Shown: positions 21,791 to 32,870, counted from the first letter of the stretch. The stretch: 64,000 nt of DNA from Oikopleura dioica (GCA_907165135.1 OU015566.1:682001-746000), one strand, 5' to 3'. A program made the numbers and translations. Notes: generated by a model not told the origin, from the letters alone.

Positions 21791-22173
21791 TCTCTTGTTG
21801 TGATAAGTATCTGGAGTGAAAAGTGTTGAATGATGTGTTGACTGCCTAAGTCGATTGAAAATCGTGTATCCCGCCAGTTATATATGTTTAAAGGGAAGGT
21901 AACGGAGCGTTGGTCGGAGAAATGGCACCACCTGTCGTTTGGACGGATTTGACCCATCATCAGCGTATTCGGTTCTCCATAGCAAGAAGCAATTGAGTTA
22001 CACGTTATGAAAGCAATGTCCATGTCACGCGGAGTCGTCATCAGATTACAGACAGCGCTTATAATTTGAACATTGTACTCTTGATTTTTTTCAAAGAAAA
22101 TTTCAGGAACTTTCAGCTCCTTGGTCATTGTCTCGAAAAGATTCAAGATCATCTGCAACGAAGTTAAGCTCAA
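21787..22173 (-). CDS. Probable minor capsid (penton-like single jelly-roll) protein, short (128 aa)
   Basis: Beta-rich pattern FITCNSI...VTFPLNI...RFSIDL...FSLQILIT and position between integrase and core/protease; the assignment is inference. Confidence 0.45.
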   Translation of the reverse strand: MSLTSLQMILNLFETMTKELKVPEIFFEKNQEYNVQIISAVCNLMTTPRDMDIAFITCNSIASCYGEPNTLMMGQIRPNDRWCHFSDQRSVTFPLNIYNWRDTRFSIDLGSQHIIQHFSLQILITTRE

Positions 22174-23320
22174 AGTAGTACTTTATTCCAGGTTGTCTAT
22201 TTCCTTCTTCGTCTGCAATTTTATACCAAACTACTCCGGCTCGTTGTCTGATATCGATTATGACGTAAATTTTGTCTGTCCAGTTTTGTGTATATCCTTT
22301 TTCGAAGATACCCTTCTCTATTTTTACTCGGACAACGTTCCCAATTTTGAGTCTTGGTTTGACTTTCAAATCGAAATCCGGGAAGAGATGAGCGAAGACC
22401 TGTGCTCTATTTTCATGTGAGACTTGGCTTGGTGCCATTCCAATGGCTCGATGAGGAGTGGAATTGTAGCCTTTGACTATTTCTGGAAGAACATCGATCC
22501 AATTTTTAGTTTTGTTTGATTTCATAAACAGCTCCACTCGTTTTTTGATGGTTTGATTGACTCGTTCTGCCATACTCGCTTTCAATTTTGTTTTGATACT
22601 ATAGTGATGCATTCCATAGCGATCAAGAATTTTTTTTACATTGACATTGTAGAATTCCAAGCCTTCGTCTGTGATAAGAGAATTAGGCCATTCGAGAAAA
22701 TCTTGAAATATATCATTGAGAGCGTTAGCAACATCGATTCCTCCTTTTGTTTTTACAGGTCGTGTCCATATAAAGCGAGAGAAGCAATCGATTATAAGTA
22801 GAACATAAGCATACTGACGATTTGAAAATTTGAATTTCTTGTATTCAATCAAGTCACCCATAAAAATTTTGAATGGCGAGTCGACTATGATTTTTCTTCT
22901 GGGAAATCGTTTTTTAGTTATTCGACGGTGAGTACTATGAGTTTTATTCTGCCTGAGAAACTCCGCTACTTTCGCTGAGAACGCTGGAGCGCTTGCAACG
23001 TTTTCGTACAGGGCTTGAATCTGATCCGTCACTGTCTTCTTCTGTTTTTTCAGAGTCGCTTGTTGATTCACTTGATTCTTTACCTGAGCTTGAGCTTGCT
23101 GAGGATGTTTCACTTTCGGAGGAAGTTGATGGTCGTCTTCGCTTGGATTTCTTTGTCTTTTTCTTTGATTTCTTCTCGGGGACAGATCTCTTTCGTCGTT
23201 TTCTGGTTCTTTTCCTCTCAACCTCCGACTCTGACGAGTCATCTGTAAAGCTGTCACATCTTGTTTTTGCTTTAACCCTTGATGTTTCGATTGTTTTGCA
23301 CGATGAGTATTTTTCGTCAT
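22103..23320 (-). CDS. int: Retroviral-type (rve) DDE integrase of the Polinton
   Basis: MGDL...IDCFSRF, ITDEGLEF, AERVNQTIK, YNSTPHRAIGMAP, FEKGYTQNWT; catalytic D-D-E intact; no chromodomain seen. Confidence 0.95.
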   Translation of the reverse strand: MTKNTHRAKQSKHQGLKQKQDVTALQMTRQSRRLRGKEPENDERDLSPRRNQRKRQRNPSEDDHQLPPKVKHPQQAQAQVKNQVNQQATLKKQKKTVTDQIQALYENVASAPAFSAKVAEFLRQNKTHSTHRRITKKRFPRRKIIVDSPFKIFMGDLIEYKKFKFSNRQYAYVLLIIDCFSRFIWTRPVKTKGGIDVANALNDIFQDFLEWPNSLITDEGLEFYNVNVKKILDRYGMHHYSIKTKLKASMAERVNQTIKKRVELFMKSNKTKNWIDVLPEIVKGYNSTPHRAIGMAPSQVSHENRAQVFAHLFPDFDLKVKPRLKIGNVVRVKIEKGIFEKGYTQNWTDKIYVIIDIRQRAGVVWYKIADEEGNRQPGIKYYFELNFVADDLESFRDNDQGAESS

Positions 23321-24071
23321 CTTTCTTCGCTGTTGCTTCGAAAGTATTTTCTCTTTCGATAATGTTGAAGTTTTGCTTGAAATCGTTGAAGGGTACGATG
23401 CAAGCCTTCATACCGGTGACTGAGTAGACAACAGGATATTTTGAGAATATATCCGTGTACAGCCGGTAGCTTGAGGCATGACCTCGAGGCGATTGATCAA
23501 GAAACATGTAAGGATATGATTTGTTCTTGATATCTTCGGACGCTCTCTTGAACGCTTTTTGCAGCCCAGCTGTATTGCAAACTCTCTTATTGATTGTTCC
23601 GTCAAGACAGTTTCGGCAGAGAAACGTTGCGTTACAGTTCAGACGAATGTTACGACCAAATTTTCCAGCAGCATAATTATTTTGAGTCATAATCATAACG
23701 TTCAGGCTTCGCTTGCCGCTTGTGACTCGAAAAAGATGATCTATAGCTTGACTTTGAATCGCTTCTTCATAAAGATCATCAAGAACAATCGTTGTATGGG
23801 GCATCATCTCATCAATATCATCCTGTGATGGGATACCGACGCGATAGCTAACAGGAATTCCAAGATCATCCCACTGAACGGGTTTTTCTTCAAGGAAACA
23901 GGGATAAAAATACAGGACCCGCTTTGTTTTCTTCTGAAACAGATGCCTGTTCAGAAGAACTTGCTTTGCAATATAAGTTTTTCCAGCACCAGATGATCCA
24001 CTTAGCAATATACGAAAAGGGTATGCAAACTCTTTTTGAGGAAGAATTTCTCCGCTTATCATCGTTGACAT
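22944..24071 (-). CDS. FtsK/HerA-family (A32-like) genome-packaging ATPase with a Lys/Ser-rich C-terminal tail
   Basis: Walker A GSSGAGKT, Walker B IVLDD, MTQN and RNIRLN motifs. Confidence 0.93.
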   Translation of the reverse strand: MSTMISGEILPQKEFAYPFRILLSGSSGAGKTYIAKQVLLNRHLFQKKTKRVLYFYPCFLEEKPVQWDDLGIPVSYRVGIPSQDDIDEMMPHTTIVLDDLYEEAIQSQAIDHLFRVTSGKRSLNVMIMTQNNYAAGKFGRNIRLNCNATFLCRNCLDGTINKRVCNTAGLQKAFKRASEDIKNKSYPYMFLDQSPRGHASSYRLYTDIFSKYPVVYSVTGMKACIVPFNDFKQNFNIIERENTFEATAKKDDEKYSSCKTIETSRVKAKTRCDSFTDDSSESEVERKRTRKRRKRSVPEKKSKKKTKKSKRRRPSTSSESETSSASSSSGKESSESTSDSEKTEEDSDGSDSSPVRKRCKRSSVLSESSGVSQAE

Positions 24072-24667
24072 TTTCTCTTAATTACGCGATCATATCTTTC
24101 ACCGCTCCTTTTATTTACAACAATAAACACTGGATCAATAACTTGGCAATGATTTTGTTTTAAAATATTCAAACTTCAAAATGGTTGTAGTAGAGCCAAA
24201 AATAAATTTTTCTTTCTTTAAACAATTATGATTATAAAAATAACACTGGTCGTAAACATTGACGCAAGCGAAATTATTGAAAAAAATATTTTAGTTGAAA
24301 ATAAATAATTCAAAACAGACATCAAAAAGAAGCAACGAATCTTATTCAGCTCTGTGACTTGTTCACCATTATTTTTTCTGAAAAAAAAAAATTATTATAC
24401 AAGACTCAATCAACGGGACATTTGAAAGCATTCTAGTTTTTCCCCGGTTTTCAAACTTAAGCAGACTCTAGAAAGTTGTTCTTTCACATATCTCAAAATC
24501 AGAGATTCAGAAGGTCGGTTAGAAACACAAAAAACAGGTTTTCGTTTAATTTTCGAGAAAACTACGCTTTTTTGATGAAAAGTTAAGTTTTTAAGGTCAA
24601 TTTATAAACAAGCCTCATATTTTTTCATATACTCATAGTTTTTCCACAGGAAGTCTTTCAAGTTACG

Positions 24668-25110
24668 CGAAATAGATTTCCGTCATTTTGAGCGAAAAGC
24701 GCGACGCCGCGCGCCTCCTTCCCGATACGAACCCTACGCATGCTTATATTTGAAAAGTCTCATCATAGGGTCAGTTTTTGTAAAAAATAACATAAAAGTT
24801 TCTAGAAGGCTATTTGAATAACGGTTATCGTAATAAAAAGTTATTTTAATAACAAGTTATTTCAATAACAAGTTATTTGAATAACTTGGTTATTGAAATA
24901 ACCTTCTAGAAATATTTTGTTATTTTTGACCGTCCTTTGTTTGGATGACTCATGTTTATATTTTATATTTAGTTTACTAATATTTATCATATGTTTGCGT
25001 TTAAAATAAATATTTTAACTTGTTTATATATTTCATAAATATTTATAATTATTTACCTTTCTTTGTTTACATTATCTCCATCATTGAAAAAAGCTTATGT
25101 ACATACTACT
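24668..25110 (-). repeat. Right terminal inverted repeat of the Polinton
   Basis: Reverse complement of 2674-3116; ends ACTACT followed by the TSD GACCTT. Confidence 0.95.
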
Positions 25111-25604
25111 GACCTTTTTGCGAACTTGAAAAAAAGGAGGATGCAGAAAATACCTTGCAAAAAAAAGTTGGCAGAGGACTAAGCGTGGCGCCCCGCGGCC
25201 CCTTCTAACCCGGTGATTGATTCCGTAACATTTTCGATTGCACCGCGCTATTGGTGCTCTCTTTTTATCAGCACCCCTCCGCCACACTCCTTCGTGAAGA
25301 ATGAGAGAATTGATAAAATGAATTTTCTTTTTTGAATAATGAGTATGAGAGAATTGGAGTTTTTCGAGAAAGATATGAGAAGAAAAAATGCAATGAGTGA
25401 ATTTTATCATGCGAAAACTTTCTGAATTGTCGTCTGTTTCTGTGATAATTTATGTTTTATAAAATGCTGACAAAAACAAAATCGATTATTATTACCGTAT
25501 TATTGGAGCAACAACTTAAAAACTAAGACGACTGCGTAAAAAATTTTGTCGAAATTGAATAAAATTAAAATCGAAATTGATCAAAATTATTTTTTTTAAG
25601 AAAC

Positions 25605-27668
25605 ATGCCAGTTATAAACAACAGTCAACGAGACAAGCGTGCCTCTTCCTACCGCCGAGCGTTCGGTGGTCAAACCTCCTTCTCTGCCGGAAAAGGCGGT
25701 AAGTTTAAGAAAAACAACTAACCCGGGTGAAGAAGGGTGCTTTGGATATTTACATCTGGTTTTAGGTTTAGCTAAGTCGAATTATTATGACCGTGCTCGG
25801 AGCATGACAGACTTGAGCGGCATTGGGGCAGCAGTGAAAGGAATCAAAATTTTCTAGTTTCGAGTCGAAAAATAAAAACATGCAGCAGATAGATATAACA
25901 ACGGTGGCTTAGATTGTTAGTCGAAATCATGAGTTATCATGATAGATAAGATGGTGTCTTCGAAAAGCAAAAGAGTAGAAACGTAGTGAAACTTAGTATT
26001 AACAACAAATTTAAATTCCTGTACAGGAGGTGATATTGCAACGATGTCACATGACGATATCCAGCTCATGTACGCTGCCGGTCGACAAATCAACGAAAAA
26101 GAAACAATGGGCAATTTGAACAACCGATTCGCCAACTACATCGAAAAAGTCCGCTACCTCGAGGAACAGAACAAAATTCTAGAGCTCAAGATCAAGCAGG
26201 CCTCGAAGCGACAGTCGGAAATCGAGAAAAACGAAGAAAAGGGCGATGAAATCAAAAGCTTCAGAATCAACATCGATGATATCACGATGATCAAAGTCAG
26301 ATTGCAAGTCGAAAGAGACAATTTGAAGGGAGACGCGGTCGAATTGACCCGAAAACTCGAAGACGAAAACGCTCTGCGAAACGACCTGGACGACGAGCTC
26401 CAGCGACTCAGAAAAGACGTCGACGATGCAACTATGGTCAGAGTCGATCTTGAGCGAAAAATCGAAACTCTTCGCGAAGAACTCGAATACAACAGAAAAG
26501 TGCACTCGGAAGAGATTGAAGACTTGAAGGAGCAGATTGCTTCGCAAGGAATCAACGTCGAAGTCGACGGAATCACGCCGGATATGAACGAAATTCTCAG
26601 AGATATTCGAAACGAATACGAGCAGATTGCGATCAAAAACAGGGACGAGGAACGGTTCTCAGATTTTTTTCTTTTTTTTTTTTGACTTGACCGAAAAATG
26701 GAAGTGCATTTTTCGACTACCAATAAGATTGCTATATTCGGCTCACCGGCCAATCAAAACCCTCATTTTTCCATCGTCAAAAGTAGCTAGAAAATTGAGA
26801 ACCATAAGAAAGGCAGAAGAATGGTACAAGAAAAAGTGCGAAGAACTCGAAGAAAAATCACGAAATACTCAAACCGAGCTCGAAAAAGTCAACATGGAAA
26901 TCAACGAGTACAGAAAACAAGTCACCCAGCTCGAGATGGAGCTTGAATCGCTCAGAGGAACTAACGATTATCTCGAGCGAAATCTTGCCGGTTCTCTTAC
27001 TCCCTTTGCTTCCAATTACAATGAGTTTTAGATACGGAGAAGCGATCAGAAATCGAAATCAACAGCTACCAGCAGCGGGTTAATCGTCTTCAAGCCGAGT
27101 TGGATCGATCTACGGCCGATATGAAGAAGCATTTGGCGGAGTACAAGAACTTGATGAATGTCAAACAATCTCTTGAAAAGGTATGAAACTAAAATTTGCC
27201 ACAAATCTAGAATTTTCTTTCAAGGAAATCGATACGTACAGAAATCTCCTGGAAGGCGAAGAAGGTAGATTATCTACTCTTGGTTCTGGAACTGTAAGTA
27301 TTCTTAAATTACTGTAAGCCGTTTCTTTACTGTATTCTTTCAGGACGATAACGAGTCTGATTCAAGTGAGTCTCAAAAAGTCGAAGGAAAATGGTTAAAA
27401 TTGTCGATTTTATAAAATCAACCAATATCAGTTTCTTTTTTCGATATTGAGTTGGGTATAAAATTTTTAAAAATTTTAACCGGTGATTGAGTGAAAAAAC
27501 ACAGAGTGGTAATTAAAACTAAAGACGCGGGAAAAGCGGAAGCTAAAGAAGAATCTTCTTCAAGGTAGGGCTTACTGTATAAACCAGGGGTAACTGTTTA
27601 TTGTTAGCGAGGAAGAGACCTCTAGCGACGATGATGACAGCTCTTCCGACGATGATTCATCAGAATAA
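25605..27668 (+). CDS. Cytoplasmic intermediate filament protein, type III-like (vimentin/desmin-like head)
   Basis: Head motif SSYRRAFGG; coil 1A LNNRFANYIEKVRYLEEQN; end of rod EIDTYRNLLEGEE; acidic tail; multi-exon. Confidence 0.92.
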
Positions 27669-28173
27669 ATCGCCAATGCTGGTTTTAAAACAATTTCTTC
27701 GTGCAAAACTGAATGTAACTAACTCTTTCTTTACCTGTACTGATTGCTTCTTCTCATTCACGCTTTCCTAACACCATTAATGTTTCTCATCATTTCCACA
27801 TTCTAACAAGAGAGTACAACTCAAACAGCATTCTAGTACAAGAAATAAAATACTTTGCAGTCATTGTGTTTCAAAATAAATTGATTTTGCTAAATTCAAA
27901 ATTTTTCTTAAAAATTTTTAAAAAGAAAAATTAAAAAAAAATTTAAAAAATTTTCAGAAAGAATTTTTTTCCGATTTTCCAGGTTTCCCATGAGTGTCTT
28001 TTGCCCGATTGTTTGTGAGTCTATTCGAAATTGCTGGAATGCGTTCTGAGAGGCAGGTATCGAGAGGCAAGGGCGACATGAGAACGGAGCGAGCGATAGG
28101 CGATAAGAAGGAGAATCGTCGTCAATAGCAGCGAAACCTTCCCAAGCGCGATCAGTCTATTCAAAATCGAAAG

Positions 28174-28500
28174 ATGGCAAAGACCAAAAGTTCAACTGCG
28201 TCAAAGCGCTGTAGAGAGAGAATTTCCAACTTGTTCGACGATCTCAATACCATCATTCAGGTAAGAAATGACACAGCTGTCCAAAATAACGATGATTTCA
28301 TAGGCAATGACGGGCATGAAAGAATCAAATCGATTCCGGTAAGAAATCTTCATTTTTTTCACTTTTATTTTCGAATTGAAGAATTATCGAGCGAACTCTT
28401 GGTCTTCTAAGAAAAGAGCCGATTAGACATCTATCTCAGAAATGACTCTCAAAAAATGCTTTTCAATTTTTCACAATATTTTTTTTGAGAGCATGAGTAG
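28174..28500 (+). CDS. Small divergent bHLH-like protein 1; 3' end uncertain
   Basis: Introns 28261-28303 and 28339-28381 give KRCRERISNLFDDLNTIIQAMTGMKESNRFRIIERTLGLLR. Confidence 0.55.
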
Positions 28501-28506
28501 TCGTCT

Positions 28507-28974
28507 ATGTCTTCAAAGGAAAAACTCTCAAATAAGGATGCTTGTGCTTGCTACAGGTAAAAAAAGCTCTGAACTTATGACTTCTATCTCATTTTTTATA
28601 GACTGCGAATGAATGGACTTTTCAATGAGCTTCGAAATGAGCTGAAAAAGGAAAATTTCGTGAAGGTCGATAGGTAAGAGTAAAAATCTTGGAAGTCAAT
28701 GGCTTGAAGAAGTCAAGAATTTGAGTTTTTTTTGAGTCAAACGTCCGATTTCAGGTACAAAATGAGCACAAAAGCGGGACTTTTGCTTGCAACGATTGAT
28801 GCACTAAAAAAACTGGTCCTTCAAACGCATATTTTCCGCTATAACTTGAACTTTCTTTTGACCAGAAAAACAGGTCTTGATCCAGCGACAATCAGAGCAA
28901 TCAGTAGCTACGTTTATCTATGCGCTCTCCCAGACAGCAACCCGCACTCTCGAAAACAATGCTTGATATGGTAG
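28507..28974 (+). CDS. Small divergent bHLH-like protein 2
   Basis: Introns 28557-28601 and 28674-28754 give DACACYRLRMNGLFNELRNELKKENFVKVDRYKMSTKAGLLLATIDALKKL (helix-loop-helix spacing). Confidence 0.65.
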
Positions 28975-29099
28975 ATTATGAAAATTGAATTTTGAAATTT
29001 GTTCTTATCTTTATTGCAATAAATGAAATCTAAAATCGAATAGATAAATAGTTGTTGTTGATGAATTATTCTAAAAAGGACCTTCTCTTCTACTGGAAT

Positions 29100-30185
29100 C
29101 TAATTGGCAATAAGTCTTCCTGGGTACTCTGATGTTCGCGGTTGGCCATGAATTGAGCCCTAAAAATGAGTGGATAGTGACCAACCAAAGCCTTGATTTC
29201 CAAACCGACGGAGGAGGCCACGCTTGTAGACGAGGTACCCAATCACGCCAATTGAAATAAGCAGCTTTTCATGGAATTTTTATTTGACCCTTTTTTCTAA
29301 TCTGCTGATTTTCTTGGTGATTTGTTCTTATGAAAATCCCGTTCCAGAAAAATGATGAATCCAAAGACTCTCCTGTGTCCGCCCAAGTTCGCGACATCGA
29401 CTCCATCAACATCGATCAAATAAGCTCTAAAAACAATTTTCTCCTTGAAACAAAAAGCTAACTACCCATGAGGCCAATACGGCGAATCGAGTAAAACTTC
29501 TGTACCATTTTTCTCGGCATGAAGAATAATCAGCTCATCAATTTTTTCAGCAGCCTATTTGATTTTTCCCCTTTTTTGTAAAGAAGTTTTTCAAACCTTT
29601 TTGCTATTCCCAAAAACATGAAGCGGGATCTTAATTTCGCGATCTTCTTTTGAATGAATCGTTAGATACTTTCACATGTTTTCGAGAATTCCATTTTCTA
29701 GAGAAACTTACAATGAGATCTTTCGAAAAATTTCCTGACTCTCTGTTACACAAACTGGTCCAGCCACAACGGATAATTCTTGCGCCAGAAGCTTCCTGAT
29801 CGCCTTTTTTCAGTTTCGAAATTGTGAAATTTTCAGAATCTTTTTTTCTTTCGGAACTTTCCTCGTCAGGAATCTCACTTGTTTTGACCCGCTCGCCATG
29901 GTGCCTTGGCGGTAAATGTAGGCCGACACTGATTTCGATTCTCTGTTCCCACTGTTTTTCGCAAGCAGTATACGTCGGATGCTCTGTCTTATCCACAACC
30001 ACGTGGGTTGTTGTATTATGGGGACTATGAGTACTGTGGATCTTGGAATGATGCGTTGAATGAGCAGTTGCTGGGGTTGGACTAACTGTAGTGTGACTTT
30101 TGAGGGTGGAACTTAATGTTGGAGTTGTCGTTGTTGTTTCTTGAGCGAAAATCTCTAGAACAAGTAGAAAACTTGAAATTCTCAT
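29100..30185 (-). CDS. Secreted or membrane protein with a Thr/His-rich mucin-like N-terminus; exon structure partial
   Basis: Signal-like start, TTTTTPTLSST...; downstream hydrophobic LLISIGVIGYLVYKR segment; junctions not fully resolved. Confidence 0.45.
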
Positions 30186-30444
30186 TTTGAAATTGAAAAT
30201 TTCTCTGCGGAAAAAGTTTGAAAGACTCAGATGTCAGAAGCGGAGAAAAGCGGGAACAGTGATTTGTATTGTTTACTTAGGCGAGAAACACGGAGATGCG
30301 AAGAAAAGGGTTCGGATAGAGAACTCGTTGAGTAAGGTTTCGATTACTCATCTGCTGGCAATAAATAAGAAAAAGATTTTTAAAAGAAATCTGACGATTC
30401 AATACAAAATATTTATTAAAAAGAACAGAATTATGATTTTGCAT

Positions 30445-31266
30445 TCAGTAAGGTGGATAATAGTCGTACGAGTCCGAATCTAGAGAGCCCCATCGATAGG
30501 GTACTAGTTTCGCGACTTCAATTGGGCATTGTCCGATCGGTTTTACCAGTCCATTGCTGCAGCATTCCTTCGTCCGTTCATTATAGATACTTGCGGGGCC
30601 AGCTCGGGAATTGCAGCACTAGAAATATTTTTTTTTAATTGGAGAAACAGCAAAATTTACAACCTTGGGTATCATCTGACCACGTTTTTTTCCGAAAGCA
30701 CAATCTGTTTTTGGATCCCATCCAGAAGTTGAGGAAGAAATATTGAAAAAATCATTGAACTGATGAAGACTATCGGCATGCTTTGCGGCAAACATCGCAT
30801 CGCACTCGCAAACTGCTCGAACGCAAGTTCCAGGTCGATCGCGACACTTTTTTCTGTCAATATTCACATTGTAGTTTTTGATATCATCGATGCAGGATTC
30901 ACCGTGAATTTCTCGAGCACACTTGAGGCAGTCTCTGTACAACTTACAGGCGTTGTCAAGATCATCAACAGGAGTTCCCTTTCCACGCTTGACGATCACA
31001 CCGTCATCTAAAGGATAGAAGAGTGTTTGTTTATATTTTAAGTTTTCTCGTTTACCCGATCCTTGAATAAAGCAATTGCAACCATAGTTCCAGTATTTTT
31101 CTGGCGTAAAACTCGGATTGTAAAATTGCATCCATCCAACGAGACCTATATTCTCTATTCTATCCTGCCCGAGAAGTTTTCGATAAGGGTCATGTTTCTT
31201 CTTGTTTTTCACAGGTCTTTGGATTCCAGCACTGAGGGAAATCAATGTAGCCGACAGAACTTTCAT
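30445..31266 (-). CDS. Secreted PLA2-fold protein, catalytically degenerate
   Basis: YGCNC...GKGTPVDDLDNACKLYRDC...CVRAVCECD; the His-Asp dyad position reads Tyr-Arg; Cys-rich terminal exon CCNSRAGPASIYNERTKECC. Confidence 0.8.
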
Positions 31267-32046
31267 TTCCAAAAAAGGTTATGATTAAAAGCGTGTTAAC
31301 TATTCTAGGTCAAATTTTATTTTCAAAGAAAACTGATTGATTTTTTGACGGATCTTCATTTATAAAATAAAAACATAAACAGCGGAATGGAGGGCGCACA
31401 AGAGTTCAGCTCCTCCACCGTAATTTACGGATCAAGATTATCCTTTCGAATTTTCAAACACAATTTCGAGGGTGAAGAATTTTTTATCATAGAATGGATT
31501 CTCAGGGGTCAAAATTTTGAATTTTCGAAAATCTTTTTTTCGAAAAATCTTGACGAGGGGAGGGGGCCATAAATTCTCAAAAAAAACGGTTCGGTGACTA
31601 CCAGTACAAATTTCGGTACTATCAGCACCAATTTGAAAACTTCGAGTGAAAACGCAAGATTTAAGACGGGATAATAAAAATGTATCTTTCCCAAATCACT
31701 AATTTGTCGGAACTAGAGTGGTACTGGCAGTACCAACTGGTACCGGGAGTCTTCCGTTTTCCTCAGATACAACAGAGCGTCATTCTGGATTTTGATAAGC
31801 TTCAGCAGGTTGCCCCTTTGGTAGAGGCCATCTGGTATGGTTATTTAATCTTGATCTTTAAATTATAGTTTTCGACTGAACATTTCAATACGACACTTGA
31901 AATTGTTAGAACGATGGCTCCAATACGATTCCCGTAATCTTGCGTAAGCGAGCAATTTTATTTTTAGAGCATCGATTTACGAGCGGGATCTTCTGAACGA
32001 GTCAATAATTACTGAAACAGCATCCCCGTAAATCTCTCGCGCCGTA

Positions 32047-32870
32047 AAATAAATATGGCATCATTTGTACAGAATGAATAGGGTAAGTCACTAATTATTA
32101 AGCTTCTCTTCTAGCTTAGTAAGGTGGGAGTAAAATACAGCTTTAGAATCTCTAGAAGCTGGGGATCATTTTGACTATTGATAGTGGGGGGTGATCGCGT
32201 ATTCTGAGGGCATTAAGGTTCCTCTGAAGTCCTAAAATCAGGCCAATTTCAGAAATGCGAATTGCCAGATCTTAGGACTTCAGAGCCTCTGAATCAGAGG
32301 TATCTAAATGCCCTTAGGGCACGAGATCACCCCCCCCCCACTATCAATAGTCAAAATGATCCCCAGCTTCAGGAGATTCTAAGACTGTATTATACTCCCA
32401 CCTTACTTAGCTAGAAAAAAAAGTTTAATTATTAGTGATTTACCCTAAGAATGAATTAAAGGTCCAGAACTTGAGTTCGGCGGTCGGGTTTTCATATAAT
32501 TCAACTGAGGTCGGCATTTGACTGGTGCTTTCGATGACTAAGTCAAACTTATCTCTTGGCCCGAAGGAATTATGAGCGTCGATTTCAATCTGTCCGGTTA
32601 TTGAAAAGGACAGAATAGAACAGTTTTTTTGGAGGTCATTTACTTTCGGAGCAAATATTCTTGAGCAAGTCAAACTCATTTGAACTTATTTCCGCCAGCG
32701 CATTAATTTTCTTTTCAGTCTTATCGCGTGCTTAGTATAATATTGAAAAGTCGTAAATTTGAATGGATAAGATCAGCAGAGTGATGAATTTTTCATATCG
32801 CTTTACGAACAAATGACCCCTCTTTCTCGATGTCGTTGATCAATGATCGTGGCTTAGGGATTAATATCCC
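32047..32870 (-). pseudogene. Diverged duplicate of the 3' intron and terminal exon of the GPCR gene at about 45030-45490
   Basis: Collinear similarity (e.g. CAGAACTTGAGTTCGGCGGTCGGGTTT, CAACTGAGGTCGGCATTTGACTGGTG); interrupted by a MITE; in-frame stop. Confidence 0.6.
32079..32447. mobile_element. hAT-like MITE (369 bp)
   Basis: TAGGGTAA...TTACCCTA termini, long imperfect inverted arms, 8-bp TSD AGAATGAA (32071-32078 and 32448-32455); absent from the paralogous 45-kb copy. Confidence 0.85.

Larger units (their letters stand above)
2674..25110. mobile_element. Full-length Polinton/Maverick (adintovirus-like endogenous virus), 22,437 bp
   Basis: Starts AGTAGTATG, ends CATACTACT; 6-bp TSD GACCTT at 2668-2673 and 25111-25116; 443-bp TIRs; encodes pPolB, DDE integrase, FtsK/A32-like ATPase, adenain protease and capsid proteins. 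Confidence 0.97.

Noticed and set aside
22121-23828. Plus-strand ORFs opposite integrase and ATPase (e.g. 22993-23427)
   Set aside because: Antisense shadows with low-complexity translations.
26154-26753. Minus-strand ORFs over the intermediate filament gene
   Set aside because: Ser/Phe-rich antisense shadows of a coiled-coil coding exon.
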